Assembly (NCBI RefSeq): GCF_018350175.1
Contig: NC_058383.1
Span: 8,868,001 to 8,932,000 of the forward strand
Direction: 5' to 3'
Origin: Felis catus
Lineage: Eukaryota
Length of the DNA stretch: 64,000 nucleotides
In this document: positions 26,211 to 39,290 of the stretch, piece by piece
Numbering within the stretch: the first letter of the stretch is position 1
Layout: every line of letters begins with the position of its first letter
Notes under the pieces: model-generated
The model's input: only the letters and a program-made list of their open reading frames with translations
Databases searched by the model: none
Told to the model about the DNA's origin: nothing
Translations under genes and position numbers: made by a program

Positions 26211-29200
26211 TTCAAACTCTGTTTAAAAGGAAATAAAAAGAACAGGGGCCGCCGTTGGAACATTTACTTCTGCTGCTACGCTTGCGTTACATGTTGCCCC
26301 GCGTATACGTGAATGATACATGTGCACACACAGAACGTCAGGCCTCCCGCTTTCAAACAGGAAAGCAGTCCAGCCGCTCGCTCCTGGGGCGGAGCTCGTC
26401 AGGCGCGAACATCACTGGGTGGAAGCCGGCAGCCAGGGTCCGCTGCAGGGGAAGCTGCGTGCAGCTCTCCAGACTCCCGGCTTCTCGGAAGTGCCATCGG
26501 TCTTTGGAAGCTGCCTGCCCGTCTACCATCCTGTAAAGTTGACCCCAAATCCTGAGCTTCCAGAGTAAAGGCTGCAGGTTCTATCACCCCTGCCGTCTGG
26601 GGCCGAGCGGCGTGGAACCCGGCCACCCTGCCGGGATATAGGGGTGACCGACCGTCGGCACGGGTGAGCCCGTGCCATCCCACTCAGGTTCCCTTGGTTA
26701 CTCTGCCTGGACCTCTGTGCGGGCACCGCCTAAATCGCCTTGGAGAGAAAGGCCTTGCGGAGCCTCGTCACAGGCCTCTGGACGCGTCTCCCTTCTCTCC
26801 CCTTTAGGCTTTCTTCGGAAATCAGAATTTACAGTACGTTGGGCATTCGGTGCAAGAAGCAAAAGTAGGTCGTAGGAGCAAGTGAGGACTTGGGCTTTCA
26901 GTGGTTTGGTTCCGGGGAAAGACGAAGGAGCTGACATGCGTATCTATCCTCAGGTGATTTTCAGGCCTGAAAGGAGAAAACTCGCCTATTTGTATCTTTT
27001 ATGTGCCCTGCACAGAGCTGATACCTTTAATCCTCCATCAGTAAGGGGAAGTGATTTCCCCCATCTTACGGATGGAGAAAACCAAGGCTCAGAGATGAGC
27101 GGTGATTTGCCCTCAGTCAAGAAGATGGAAAAAGCGACCGTGGTCCTGAGGCCAGCGGCCCTACTGCCATGGAGCTGGGCCCAGGCGAGCTGTCACTCAG
27201 CCCCGAGGGCTCTGTCCCCCACCCCCCCCCCAAGGGGAAAAGGGTTGGTGCCTGGAACGACATGCTCAGAGAGAAGCCAAGGCCACATTTCAAAACCAGA
27301 AACAAAACTGGATCCAAATTATAAATTTGAATAAATACAGAAAAGCAGATCCCTCCATTCCCCCGGGACGCGTCCCTTGTATTTCAGCCAGGAGTTGGGC
27401 AGGAGAAGAGGAGAGAAGCCAGCGACAAATCAGTGGCAGAGCCGGACCCGACTTTATGCAGTTTGCGATGGAACGTATATAATCCATCCAGCCGGGGATA
27501 CAGGTCGGTGCTGCTCTGAAACCCTTCCCGTCTACATGCACGGAAAAGACACACAGTGGTGCAGGGCCCTTTCCCTTCCTGAAGGATAGCCCTGCCCTTC
27601 AGCTGTCTGGCCCTCTCCCTGCTGGGAGCCCTGAGCCAGCCAGGGACCCGAGCCCCAGCCCCTTACGACTGGCCCCTGGGCCACGCTCGGGGTCTGCACG
27701 AGAAGTGAGGAGGGGGGGCTCCGATACAGAGCGAACCAGGAGGCTCCATCACCAGCTTCATCTTGATTTTGTGTTTTGCTCTTCCCTTTGGAACCGGATT
27801 CCCAAATATAGTCTGAGTCTGAATTGGCAGATGTTGGGTTTGTCCTTTATGAGAGGACCAAAATTAGTCTGTCATTTGGCACTTAAATAAAGCAGCCGAA
27901 CTGCCTTTGTACCAACTTTGCAACAAGGAGGGACTGAAGTTGGGGCATTTTGTCTGATAAGGAAACTTCCTTGGAAGCTTCAGCAGCACCTCCAAAGCCA
28001 AAAGCTGAGGGAGGAGAAGGAGAGAGAGAGAGAGAGAGAGAGAGAACACGGAGTCCAGAGGGACGTGCCTTCCTCGTGGCTAGACCTGCTCGTCCGTGAG
28101 TTACGGCCAGTTGCGTTCCACGTGGTTTAAATACCTCCCAAAATTGGAAGAGAGAATCGATACTCCACGGAAATAGCAGTCGGCGAAAACGGCAGCGGTG
28201 ACTCGCTTTTGGGGAGGAAAAGAACAATCTGTCCAGAGTGCCTGGAGCTGGGTGAGCAGAGGGGCTCCCCAGGGGCAGCAGAAAGATGTTATAATCAATT
28301 ACCACATCATAACACTGATGTATGATAATTACGGAGTGTTTCTCCTGAGATAGTGCGGCGTTTGGCTGGGATACAGTTCTTTCATGGTCCACTGCCTGAT
28401 TAATATGCAAATAATAGGCTGATTGCATGATGCATGCAGAAAATGAGTTCGCTGATAACGTGAGCACCGAAGCGGGAAGATGATAAATTACTTTTACTGA
28501 CTGTCCTACATTAAGTACCCTTTCTCAACAATTTCATCACAAATTAAGTAAAGCAGTATGGAGAGATTAGGAGGATGTGTAAAATAACGTACCTTAATAG
28601 CTTTTCTAATACCGTCGTGTACGACGAGACGTTACTGGTTCTGCTCGGCACGGCCCGGTGCCCGTGTGGGACCAGACCCATTCACCCACCTGCGTGCTGT
28701 TGGAAAGCCGGGTCCCGGCCCACCACACCGTCACATTTGGCGCCTGCCATCGGCCCTGGATCCTCTGAGGAACATTCCGTCACAGCCCAAACATCATTAC
28801 CCACATGCCAGGCTGCCTGGCAGTGTTACTGAGCAGGGACAGGCTGCTCTCGGGGCAGGCGCTTAGCGCCTCTGCACATATGGACGCTTCGAAGCCTGCT
28901 GTCCACCATGTGCCTGGGGACAGGAGGGTTTCTGAGCTGCAGGCCTAGAAGGCGCAGAAATAAACCAATATCCAAAACCACCTCCAACTCTCAGAAATCC
29001 GGGAAAACTAATTCCACCCTCGGAACAGCGGTGTGACCGGTCTGCCGGAGAATATGAATATCGGTGAAGGATGGACAGGTTTGCCCAAAGCCAGAAACGG
29101 AACCCTGGAGAAAAAGCGAGGACGCGGGCACACACACTCACACGCGCTCAGAGTGATTAATCTTTGATTACAGCAAAGCAATTTAACTAGAGGGTTTGTT

Positions 29201-30149
29201 TTTTCCCATCTCAGTAATATATATTTAGACTGTTTGTATGACATACATTTTCTCTTAATGCACAGGGACGCATTGATAAGTGTTCATACACACAGCTGGT
29301 TTGGTAATAAGGTTATTGAAGGTAATTTGAAAGCATTATTTCTAAATCAGTATAGATCTGCAGAAAAGCTGGAAGCCGGGAGATCACCGAGCTCCGAAGC
29401 AGGGCCAACCGTGTCGCCCAGTGCAAACTTTCGCCAGACCGAGTTCACTGCAAAAGGCGAATCGTGATTTAAGAAGGGTTTTCAATTTTGAACTGAATTA
29501 AATGAACTCTGAATTCCCAAACTCTGCTTTTGATGTGCGTGTTTCCTCAAGAGCTTGTACAACGTGCACCACAAATACGAGGATCCCTGGGAGAGGGCAG
29601 ACAGGTGCCCCGAATTTTCCGCCGAGCCCGCCCTGGCTCTGCCACAGCTGGGTCAGCCCAGGGTTGCTGAGAACGTCTCTCCCCCGTGTGCTTCCCCAGT
29701 GTGGGGAGAAAAGAGAGTGAAAAACAGTCTGGAGAATGAGGCAGGCACAGGACGGTGTCGGACGGGAGGAGCCGATCATCCGCGGGTCTCTGGGTGACCG
29801 CGAGGCAGCAGTCACAGAGGCTAGCATCTCCCGCACCTGTGTGTGCAGCGACCGTCTGCCTCCCATCTCCTCCCACCGCAGGTGGACCACCACCACCAGA
29901 CCCAAGAACTCAGGGCCACCTCCAGTGAAATGCACCCAACCTTGAACTCAGCCTTGTCTCCCCAGGACTGCTCCTTTTGGTGAACAGCAAGCCTATAACC
30001 CTGGTCATCTGAGCCAAACCCTGGCAGCCCTTCTCGGTCCTTCTCTCCCTCTTACGCACCCTCCCAGACACACACTCGTGTGTGTGCGCACAGATGCACA
30101 CGTGCACACACACACACAGTTTCTGTTTCCTAAGTGTCGCAGAATTTTT

Positions 30150-30508
30150 TTCTTTCCATTCCCTCAGTCCCCACCCTGGCCCAAGCCTCAGAGCCATCGT
30201 CCCAGGTGGCACTTCCGGCTGGGACACTCCCTTCCCTGCTTCACGCCCTTCCCTAGGGTCCCACCTTCTTAGTGTGTGACCCGGCCCCCATCTCCTCTCC
30301 ACCCGGGCCTTGGCATACCGCGGCCTCTCCTCCACACCCACCCAGCCTCAGTTTCGGGGTCACGGTGCCCCCAAGCGTCCCCGTCCCGCCCTCGTCTCAA
30401 GGTCTTTGTGACCGTGACTTGCTTAATGAAGTCTTCCTGGCTCACGACCGTGCCCCCGTCCCCTAGCACCCTGCCTGGCACTTAGAGGGCCCCCTCGTTG
30501 AATGGAAA
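30150..30508 (+). mobile_element. L2 LINE 3' fragment
   Basis: ccctagcaccctgcctggcacttagaggg...gttgaatgg. Confidence 0.55.
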
Positions 30509-32845
30509 GCCCAGGCCCTCTCTTCAAGTGGCCTAGAAGTCAAGTTTGGGGAGGTAAGCTCTACATGGCTCAAGTTAAACAACCTTGCTTTTATTTTATT
30601 TTAGTTGTTTTAGTTTTCTCAGTTAACAAGTAAAGGATTTGGGCTTTAATGTCACTGTAAGAGTTCCTTAGGCAGGCATTAGAAATGTTCTGTTCACACA
30701 CCCAGCTCAGTACCCGCTGCGTGCTGGGGCTGCTGTCTTTTCCCACCCTCGCTTCTATCCTGGCCAGCGCGACCCAGTAGGATTTGTGGGAGAGAAAGCA
30801 CGGATGTTCCCTATTACAGAAGAAACCAGGACCGACGGAGACACTTTCCTTTCCTGGGTCCTCCCAGGGAGGACAGCAGAGGGTCCTCCCCGGGGGTTCC
30901 TTCCCCAAACCTTCCTCCGGTTACTCCTTTCTGCCATTGGAAAAAAACAAATGATTTGGCAGGTTTGCTGGGAGTTTCAGCGATATAAGGCAAGGTTGGC
31001 TTGGAGCCGAAGCGTGTTGCCAGCCCAAGGAGGGGACGTTGTGTGCTGATGCTCGATGCCACCACCTGTTTGGGAATGGACCTTCCTGTGGGTGGGGGAG
31101 ACCCTCGGGAATGGGGTCTGGGGAGGGCCCTTTACTTACTCCCCTGGGGTATCAGACGCAGGCCTCGGCCCTCAGAAAGAAGGCTGTTTTGTAGCATGGA
31201 TGTGGTTAGTATGTGGTTAGATTACTTCCGGTTCTTTCTCGGTAGAAAACGTCCAGGGACGTGGTAGGACACGTGTGGAAAGCTCTGACATCTATTCAAG
31301 TATCCGTGTATTTGGTTTCAAGCCCGTGCTAATCCATCAAAAGGCTGCTCATACTCAAAAACAAACAACTCCACGTTTTCTGCTGGCCTGGAGAAGTCGG
31401 CGGTAGTCCTGAGGGGCCACGAGCATCTGCTGTGAGCCCCGGAGGCAGGGATCGGGGCTGAGGAGCCCGTCTACACCGCCCCCTGCCGCTGGGACAGGGC
31501 GTGGCGTTGGGGACATCCTAAGAGGTGTGGTGCAGGCCTGGTCCATTTCTGGCTAAACACAGGAGGGCAAATGAGCCTTGCTGTTCAGAGGGGTGGTGCG
31601 TCTCTCGGAGGAAAGTGAGGAGTCCCCACGCTTCGGCTCGGGTGCAGTGGCTCCGTCACACAACCCACATCCGGACTCCACTGAGAAGTGTTGCAGACCA
31701 GTGGTCACGCTGTTGTGGCCTTGGAAGCTGTCGGCACCGTCAGCCGGGAGAGCCTGCAGCCGGGCAGGGTCCTTCCAGGCCACCAGAGCTCCCGCTGGAC
31801 CCAGGGTGCCGGCACCGGGCACTCCAGAACCTTCTGCACGTCCTCGCCCCACTGTGCGGCCGCAGCTGCCGAGGCTGCTGTCCCCCCGTGGCTCCGTCTT
31901 CCACTCTCTGCCTCTCCCCTACACCCCCCCTTGTATCTTCTCCTTGATTCCCTCTTGCTCACATTTCCACGTGCCGGACCACAACCACGCTGCACCCCGG
32001 CTCCGTTTGGCCAACCACTCCCCCCCCCCCATCTTCTCCCTCCGCTCTCCCATCTTTCCATACTTGTCTGTCTTTGTAGTCACTTGGAATTTCCTGGCTT
32101 GGCAGGGGCTCAAAGCCTAAACTATGGACATAATGAAAAGTAGTGCATCAGACCGGCCACCAGTTAAATAATGTTTGGGTTCTTGTCAGAATGTCACAGA
32201 GTACCCTGTCATTTTGTTTCAGCAACTTGTCCTTCTGAATGCACAGTTCGCCTTATGGCATGCCAGCAGTAAAAATGTCACTTACAATAATTACTTTTTG
32301 GTGAAAATGCTTGCTGACTTCCTACCTTCAAGCTGTTTTTTACACAGTGGGGAGATAATAAGAAACGACTTTATCCTGACTGCTCAAATGAACACTAAAT
32401 GGAATTTGGGTTATTATTACTGCAGATAGAGGGCTGGGTATGGAAATTTAAACAGTGGATCGGATAAACTGCAGAGAGATTTGTCTCTGGAAATCATGGC
32501 GGGCGAGGATTTTCAGTTGGCTTGTATGGGAAACTTAAGGCAGCTGTTGTTTGCCTGCTGTTTTTGGAATATAATATTTTTCATAATCCTTTTATAGTTC
32601 CTGAATGCCTCGTGTGTTTCATAGGGGCTCGCGTCACTGTCTCTGCTTTCTGTATCTTTCTTGTAATCTTACAAGCTACTCTTGTGTAAGATTCGAAGCC
32701 TTGCAAAAAAGAAAAAAAAAAAAAAAACCCTAATCCACATGGATCACTTTTTAATGTAACACCTTACTATTGCTGTCAAAATTGGATACGTGAACTCTGT
32801 GGCTGGGCTTTTCAAATATGCAGACGACCCATTTCCAATTGTCCC

Positions 32846-32990
32846 CGCCCTCCTGGCTATAGATGCCTTGAAAGCAAGATGGGTGTCTGATTCTCACTTA
32901 TCCCCAGTGCCAGCGGAGTGCATGACACAGAGTGGGTGCTTTCAGAATGCTTGAGCGAGCGAGCGAGCGAATGAATGAATGAATGAATGA
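32846..32990 (+). mobile_element. L2 LINE 3' end with (GAAT)n tail and (GAGC)n variant
   Basis: tccccagtgcc...acacagagtgggtgcttt...gaatgaatgaatgaatga. Confidence 0.7.
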
Positions 32991-34189
32991 AAGCATGCCT
33001 ATGCTTATATTTCCGTAATTGCCAGACAAAGGACAGTGGAAATGTGGAGAGTTTCTACTCTCAATCTGGTTCGGATCCTTCTCCATCCAACGTGGTCTGG
33101 ACAACTCATGTTGTCGGTCTGAGCCTCAGTTTCCCTACCTGGAGTTGCAGGATTTATATTCCCATCGCGGGGCCATCAGGAGAATTTGATGCAGCCGGGT
33201 GTAAACACCCTTCTCTCGCTGCTAATTACATTTTGGTTCCCTTCCCTCACCCCAGTAGTGGGTTGGCTTTTTGGCCCTGACCGCCATGTTTCTGAGACTC
33301 GCACATGTTGACACGGATCGCAGAGCAACTGTGTCCTGGAAGGCAGGCCCGGTTCTTCTGCCACGAAAGGACACGCGGGTGCAGGCATGGCCCCACTATA
33401 TAGGTGGCCTATTATGAATACAGACTGGTTCCCAGCTGTGTCGCTGAACGTGACGTCTTATATCTGTGAAAAGAGGAACATGGATGTCCCTTCTGGTCCT
33501 TTCGAGGAGTGCAGTCGGTCATTCTCGTGAGCCTTAGCCCAGAGCCTGGCACACAGGGAGTGCATGAGAAATGATGTTAGCTTCAGTGGTAGCTGCTCTT
33601 ACAAATGATGGTAACGTAAGCCTTCTTAATATGGTCTCACTCCCACCCCACCCCACCCCACCCCAAGGTGCTCCTGCTGTTAAGGCACTCACCAGAGTGA
33701 ATAGCACTCTGTCCAGGTACCCAGACCCCACCGTGGAAAGCACCCCTATTTCTTCCCTCTTCCTCCATCCACTCCCCCATATCATCCGCTCCATCTGTCT
33801 TGAACCTAGATATTTCTCCCCACCCCACTGCGTGTCTGCTTTGCGGGCCAGCACCCGCTCTCCCCCTACAGCACTGCAGCCTCCACAAGACCCCAGGCCC
33901 CAGCCTCACTGCTCGCAAGTTCATTCTCCCCCTCTGAAGCAATAGGGAGCTGCATTGGTTTCTTATTTTTTGACATTAGGCCTGTGATATTTAAAATCCC
34001 AGAATAACGCAGTAAGCACCCGTGTTCCAACACCCAACTTTACCCTTACCATTTGGCCACCATCGAATCCTTTATTTGTAAGAGAAACAAAACCTCAAAG
34101 ATAGAGTTGAATCCCTCTCCCTAATCTCATTGGTCCTTGAAGGCCACCCCTCCTGGATTTGCTGTTTATCGTTCCTGTGCATGATTTTA

Positions 34190-34414
34190 TTTATTTTATT
34201 CCTTAAATTTTTTTAATGTTTATTCATCTTTGAGAGGCAGAGACAGAGCATGCTCGGGGAAGGTGGGGGCAGAGAGAGAGGGAGATACAGAATCTGAAGC
34301 GGGCTCTGAGCTGTCAGCACAGAGCCTGATGCGGGGCTCGAACCTACGAGTAGTGAGATCATGACCCTGAACTGAAGTCGGACGCTCAACCCGGCTGAGC
34401 CACCCAAGCGCCCC
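34190..34414 (-). mobile_element. CanSINE
   Basis: Reverse-complement head gagccacccaagcgcccc; TGCATGATTTTA on both flanks. Confidence 0.9.
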
Positions 34415-35618
34415 GGTTTCCATGCATGATTTTAAATCCTCGCCTCTACGTATCTACCTAGCCACGCAAAACGTAAAGTACATATGGGCCCTCAACGTAC
34501 ACAAACGTTACGCTCTGTTTCATTCTGTCCCTTGCTTTGTGGGCTCCCCCAGCATACTCCGGGTGCCGGTATGTGTGGCCCCAGCCCTGACGTCCTCGCC
34601 GCTGCTTACATAGCACGCAGTATGTTGTATCAACATGCCACAATCTGGAGACCCGGTCTCCCAGCGACGGACCCTGTTCCCAGTCTTGTGTTCTTCCACA
34701 TGAGGCCTCAATACACATCCTAGTGGCCGCTCTGAGTCCCCAGAAGAGAAGCACTGCTGGGGTGAAGGGTAGGCCCACTTTCTAACAGACCTTGCCCTGG
34801 CTCCCAAGTGCATGAGAGTTACAGCAGACATCGGGGCCAATTCAAAGCCCCTGCACCGGCCAGCCTCAGGGGGCCTCTCTTTGCTTCATATTCTTGCTAC
34901 ACAACATTTCACTCGTGCCTCAGCCCACCAGATGTCCGGAGTAGTCTACACCTCCCTTGCCACTCCTGCCTCTCGCGACTCACCTGGCTAACTCCTGCTC
35001 GTGCCTGAAGTGCACCTGAGGCATCCCCCTCCCGGGGGACCTCTCTGATCCTCATGCCACATCAGTGTCCCCTGCCTGCCCACTGCCCCCTGTCCTACCT
35101 CAGAACCCCCACTGCCCTTTAGGTACTTCTGTCGAATGGCCGTCTCCCCACTAGGCATGAGCCCCAAGGGGGCAGGACCACCTCTGACCAGGCGACTACC
35201 ATATGCCCAGTGGCCTGACTCAGCAGATTATGGAGCGGGTGAAAGAATGAAGGGAATGACATCTCATTCTTTCCAGAACTTTGTCCTCAGCACGTTGGAG
35301 CCAAAGTGTAATTTACATACAGCAGAATTCACTCTTGGCTCATGGAAGTGTCCCGTGAGTTCTGGCAATCAAGACCCAGAAGAATCCCATCATCCCCACC
35401 CCCCCCCCAGAATTCCCTGGGACCCCTTTGTAGTCTAGTCCTGCCCCCCACCCTGATCTGCTTTATGCCCCTACAGTCTTACCTTTGCCAGAATGTTATC
35501 TCCATGGTATCCACCAGGAACTGTGGAAGAAACAGCAGTAATCAGGAGGAGATTTATACTGAATGTAGGTTCCCTTTATGTAAACAAATGTATTTCAATA
35601 CAATTTAATCACTGCTTT

Positions 35619-35744
35619 TATTTTTTTTTTTTCCTAAAGCTTTTACTTCTAAGTAATCTCTATACCCAGTGTGGGGCTTGAACTCAAAATTCCAAGATGA
35701 AGAGTCACGCGCTCTTCCAAAGGAGCCGGCCCGATCGATGCCCC
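35619..35744 (-). mobile_element. Short or old CanSINE-type element
   Basis: T tail, gtggggcttgaactca B-box complement, gcccc head; TAAT(C/A)ACTGCTTT flanks. Confidence 0.75.
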
Positions 35745-35849
35745 TAATAACTGCTTTGAAAAGAAAAAGAAAAAAAAAAAAAAACAGAACATCCAACTTG
35801 GGTTTTGTTTCTTAGCACCAACCATGTGCCAGGTTCATTCCTCACTACA

Positions 35850-35985
35850 ACGCTGTCTGCATTTTCCAGATGAGGAAACCGGGGTGTTCCAAGAAGTTGA
35901 GAATCCCACTCATGTTAAAACAGCTGGCTAACAGAGGTAGCCCTACCCCCAAGTTCGTATCTTAATGCCAAGCCCAGGACTCTTC
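35850..35985 (-). mobile_element. MIR SINE remnant
   Basis: cattttccagatgaggaaacc core. Confidence 0.6.
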
Positions 35986-36062
35986 CTTTTTTTGTTTTTT
36001 AAATTACTTGTAATTACGTGGAGTGGAAGAAAGCCTTATTCCTTCAAAAAAGTATTGGTTTA

Positions 36063-36262
36063 GGGGCGCCTGGGTGGCTCAGTCGGTGAAGCATCCGACT
36101 TCGGCTCAGGTCACGATCTCCTGGTTTGTGGGCTCGAGCCCCGATTCGGGCTCTGTGCTGACAGCCTAGAGCCCGGAGCTGCTTCGGATTCTGTATCTCC
36201 CTCTCTCTTTGCCCCTCCCCTGCTCGTGCTCTGTCTCTCTCTCTCTCTCTCTCTCAAAAAAA
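36063..36262 (+). mobile_element. Feliform CanSINE (SINEC_Fc-like)
   Basis: Near-consensus head; AAAAAAGTATTG(G/T)TTTAG duplicated on the flanks. Confidence 0.93.
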
Positions 36263-38846
36263 GTATTGTTTTAGTCAGAGGCCTCCATTTGGTGATTTGG
36301 GGGAAAACGAACAAAAAAAGTACCATCCTTTTCTGTTGACAACGTTTCTTATTCTGTCAAGATGATCAAGGACAGGCAACCACCTGTCCTTCCTGCACCC
36401 AGGGGCCGGGCCACCTTGCCAGGGGCTCTAGAGCCTGTCTCTGTGGTGCTCCCACCAAAACGGGCTTGGTTCTGGTTCATTAGCCGCTGTGGTGCCGGTC
36501 CGGCCGCTGGAGCATAGGGCTTCCTGGACAGCTTTCTAAAGAAATGACTCCCTTTCCAACGTGATGCTCTCTGCGTGAGGATTTGTGGCGTCTCCCACGG
36601 GGCCATTTGCCATTGCATCTGTCCGTGCCTAGCCAAACACGTGGGCCCAATCTGCTTTCCGTGACCCGAGAGCACAGTGGCGTGTGTGTGCACGTGTCGG
36701 TCCGTGAATCGTCGTCCCCCGGAAAGAGCACTCCGCTTCGAGTTGTCAGTTGCAGTTTCGACACAGAGTGGAGATCCAATGCAAACCCGCCCAGCGGCAC
36801 TTTCCCGGTACATTTCCAGGCCCAGCGTTGGGTGGGGGGTGATCTTGAGGGCCTTGCCTTTGTCTGCAGCCATGGTTGGGAGCGCAGAGGGACGCCAGTA
36901 ACGTGCGGCCAGTGCCTCTGTCCGGTTCTCTCAGGGCTTCTGCGTGGCAAAAATCCACACGAGTACTGGCCGGGAACGCCTGCGAGAAAGAAACGCACCG
37001 CCGTCCGGTGATTCGGGAGCTCGGTCTCGGCCGGCACCAGACAAAACAGGGGAAGCACCAGGCGGTGGCACCGTGCGGTTTGTTAGCCAGGCAGCCATGC
37101 TTTTGACCTTGCTGTGGGTTACAGGACACAAACCTGAGAAGGAATCTGTTTATCATGTGGGGATTCATGCCATCCTTGACAGTCTGCAGTGAGCAAGATG
37201 GATGGTCTGCCACATCGGTCCCTCGCATGGGTGAATCGGGGCAAATTTACAGTACAATTTCTTTGCTGCTTCAGAAACAAAAATAACATTTGCTGGGTTT
37301 TATATCCAGTTGTACGATGACCCGGAGGTGAGCAGAGAGAAGAAATCCGATTTGTAGGATTCATATTGCCTTCAAGATTTATACGGATCATTTCTGCTGT
37401 TTACGTCTAGCTCTTTTACATCTTCTACAAACCAGCGGGTTGTTTTTTGTTTGTTTGTTTGTTTTTAAACCAGAATTTCCAGGTTGAGGACACAGGTTTA
37501 TGTGATGGTGGAACCCTGGTCCTGTTTAGGATGATAAACAGGTTCACTGGTTGAATTGAAGTTGTTTCATTTGGGATTTTTTCTAGGTATTTACACAAAA
37601 CATCCCTTGTATTCAGAATACATCTCCCATCTTGTTGAGTTCAGAATAGGTCGTTATCCTGCGTCTGATCCAGGTTGCTATCTTGGATGTGACGTGTCCA
37701 GCAAAGGACACTCCACTTCTATGGCCCAATTGAAATTCAGTCAATACTCCATGTTACATTTTGTCTAATCAGGTAGCGAGTGTTTTGGGGGCCACCCAGG
37801 TGCCCTGATGTCCCATGAGGGGCCTGCTTCCTGAGACTTATCTCTCTGAGGCCATACAGCCCAAGTGACAGGACCTGGCCTGGCCCCTCACACGTGGCAC
37901 ATGGGCTCTTGCTATGTGCCAGGCTTGATGGGAGGCGGCGAGAGGGAGCCTGTCCCAAGACACCAAGCCATCAGCTGACTTTACCTCGAATAGGACCTTA
38001 GTGCTATCTCACTCTGCGTTTTCCTCCCGGACACAGCCTTTCTGTGTATTTGGTAATTAGGAAATGGCCAAAGCCTTCATTCCAGACATCCTAGGACTCC
38101 GACGGAGGCTGGGTTTCACGGGTGGCACGGGCTGGCGCTCCCTACTGGGCACCCGGACCAGGACAGAAGGGAGAGCATGGAGACCCGACTGCCACTCTGG
38201 CCCCATCTCCCGGTGCCAGCGTGTGTGACAGAGCTTGGCCTTCAGAAGCACGCCCTGGGGTTTGACAGGGAGCAGAGTGAGTGCTTCTCTTCTGTCGGTC
38301 CCCTCCAGGCTGGGTGCTGTGGAGCCCTCTGGGATCACAGCAAGAACCCACAGGGAGTCCCAGGACTCAGCACGGAGCGGGGGGCCCCCCTGGGGCCAGT
38401 GGCCGAGGCCTTAGGTCTCCTCTTCTGGGGCCTTCCTAACCACACGTCGTGGGCCGCCCTCATTTAAAATAATCCACCCGTTCATTTTGTTCTGAAAATT
38501 AGGGACAGAATATAAGATGCAGATTATAATTTAGCTGAGGGACTTCTGAATTCTGGAATCACGGGGTCCCGCCGGAAGACATCATGACCGTGATGGCCCG
38601 TGGTTAATACGACAGCACTTTCGCAACAGGATGCCCTTGTCTTAAGCCTTCAGATCCCTTTTGTTCAAACCTCTAGTTTTTCTTCTGTTGCGGTTTTCAG
38701 GGTTCTTGTTCGTTCGTTTGTTTTTTCATTTTTTAATGCAGAAGATGAAGTTTCTCTCAGGCCATAGACCCAGTGGCCCGCCATGCTGTCTTCTTGCACA
38801 GGCGTTGAATGTGTTTCCTGGGTGAGGAAAGTAATGCTCATGGTGA

Positions 38847-39290
<444 letters not shown>

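Noticed and set aside
25678..26236. ORFs with ERERER or LSLSLS runs (also near 49000 and 55900)
   Set aside because: Translations of SINE (CT)n/(GA)n tracts or simple repeats
36063..36140. tRNA-like A and B boxes
   Set aside because: Head of a tRNA-derived CanSINE, not a tRNA gene
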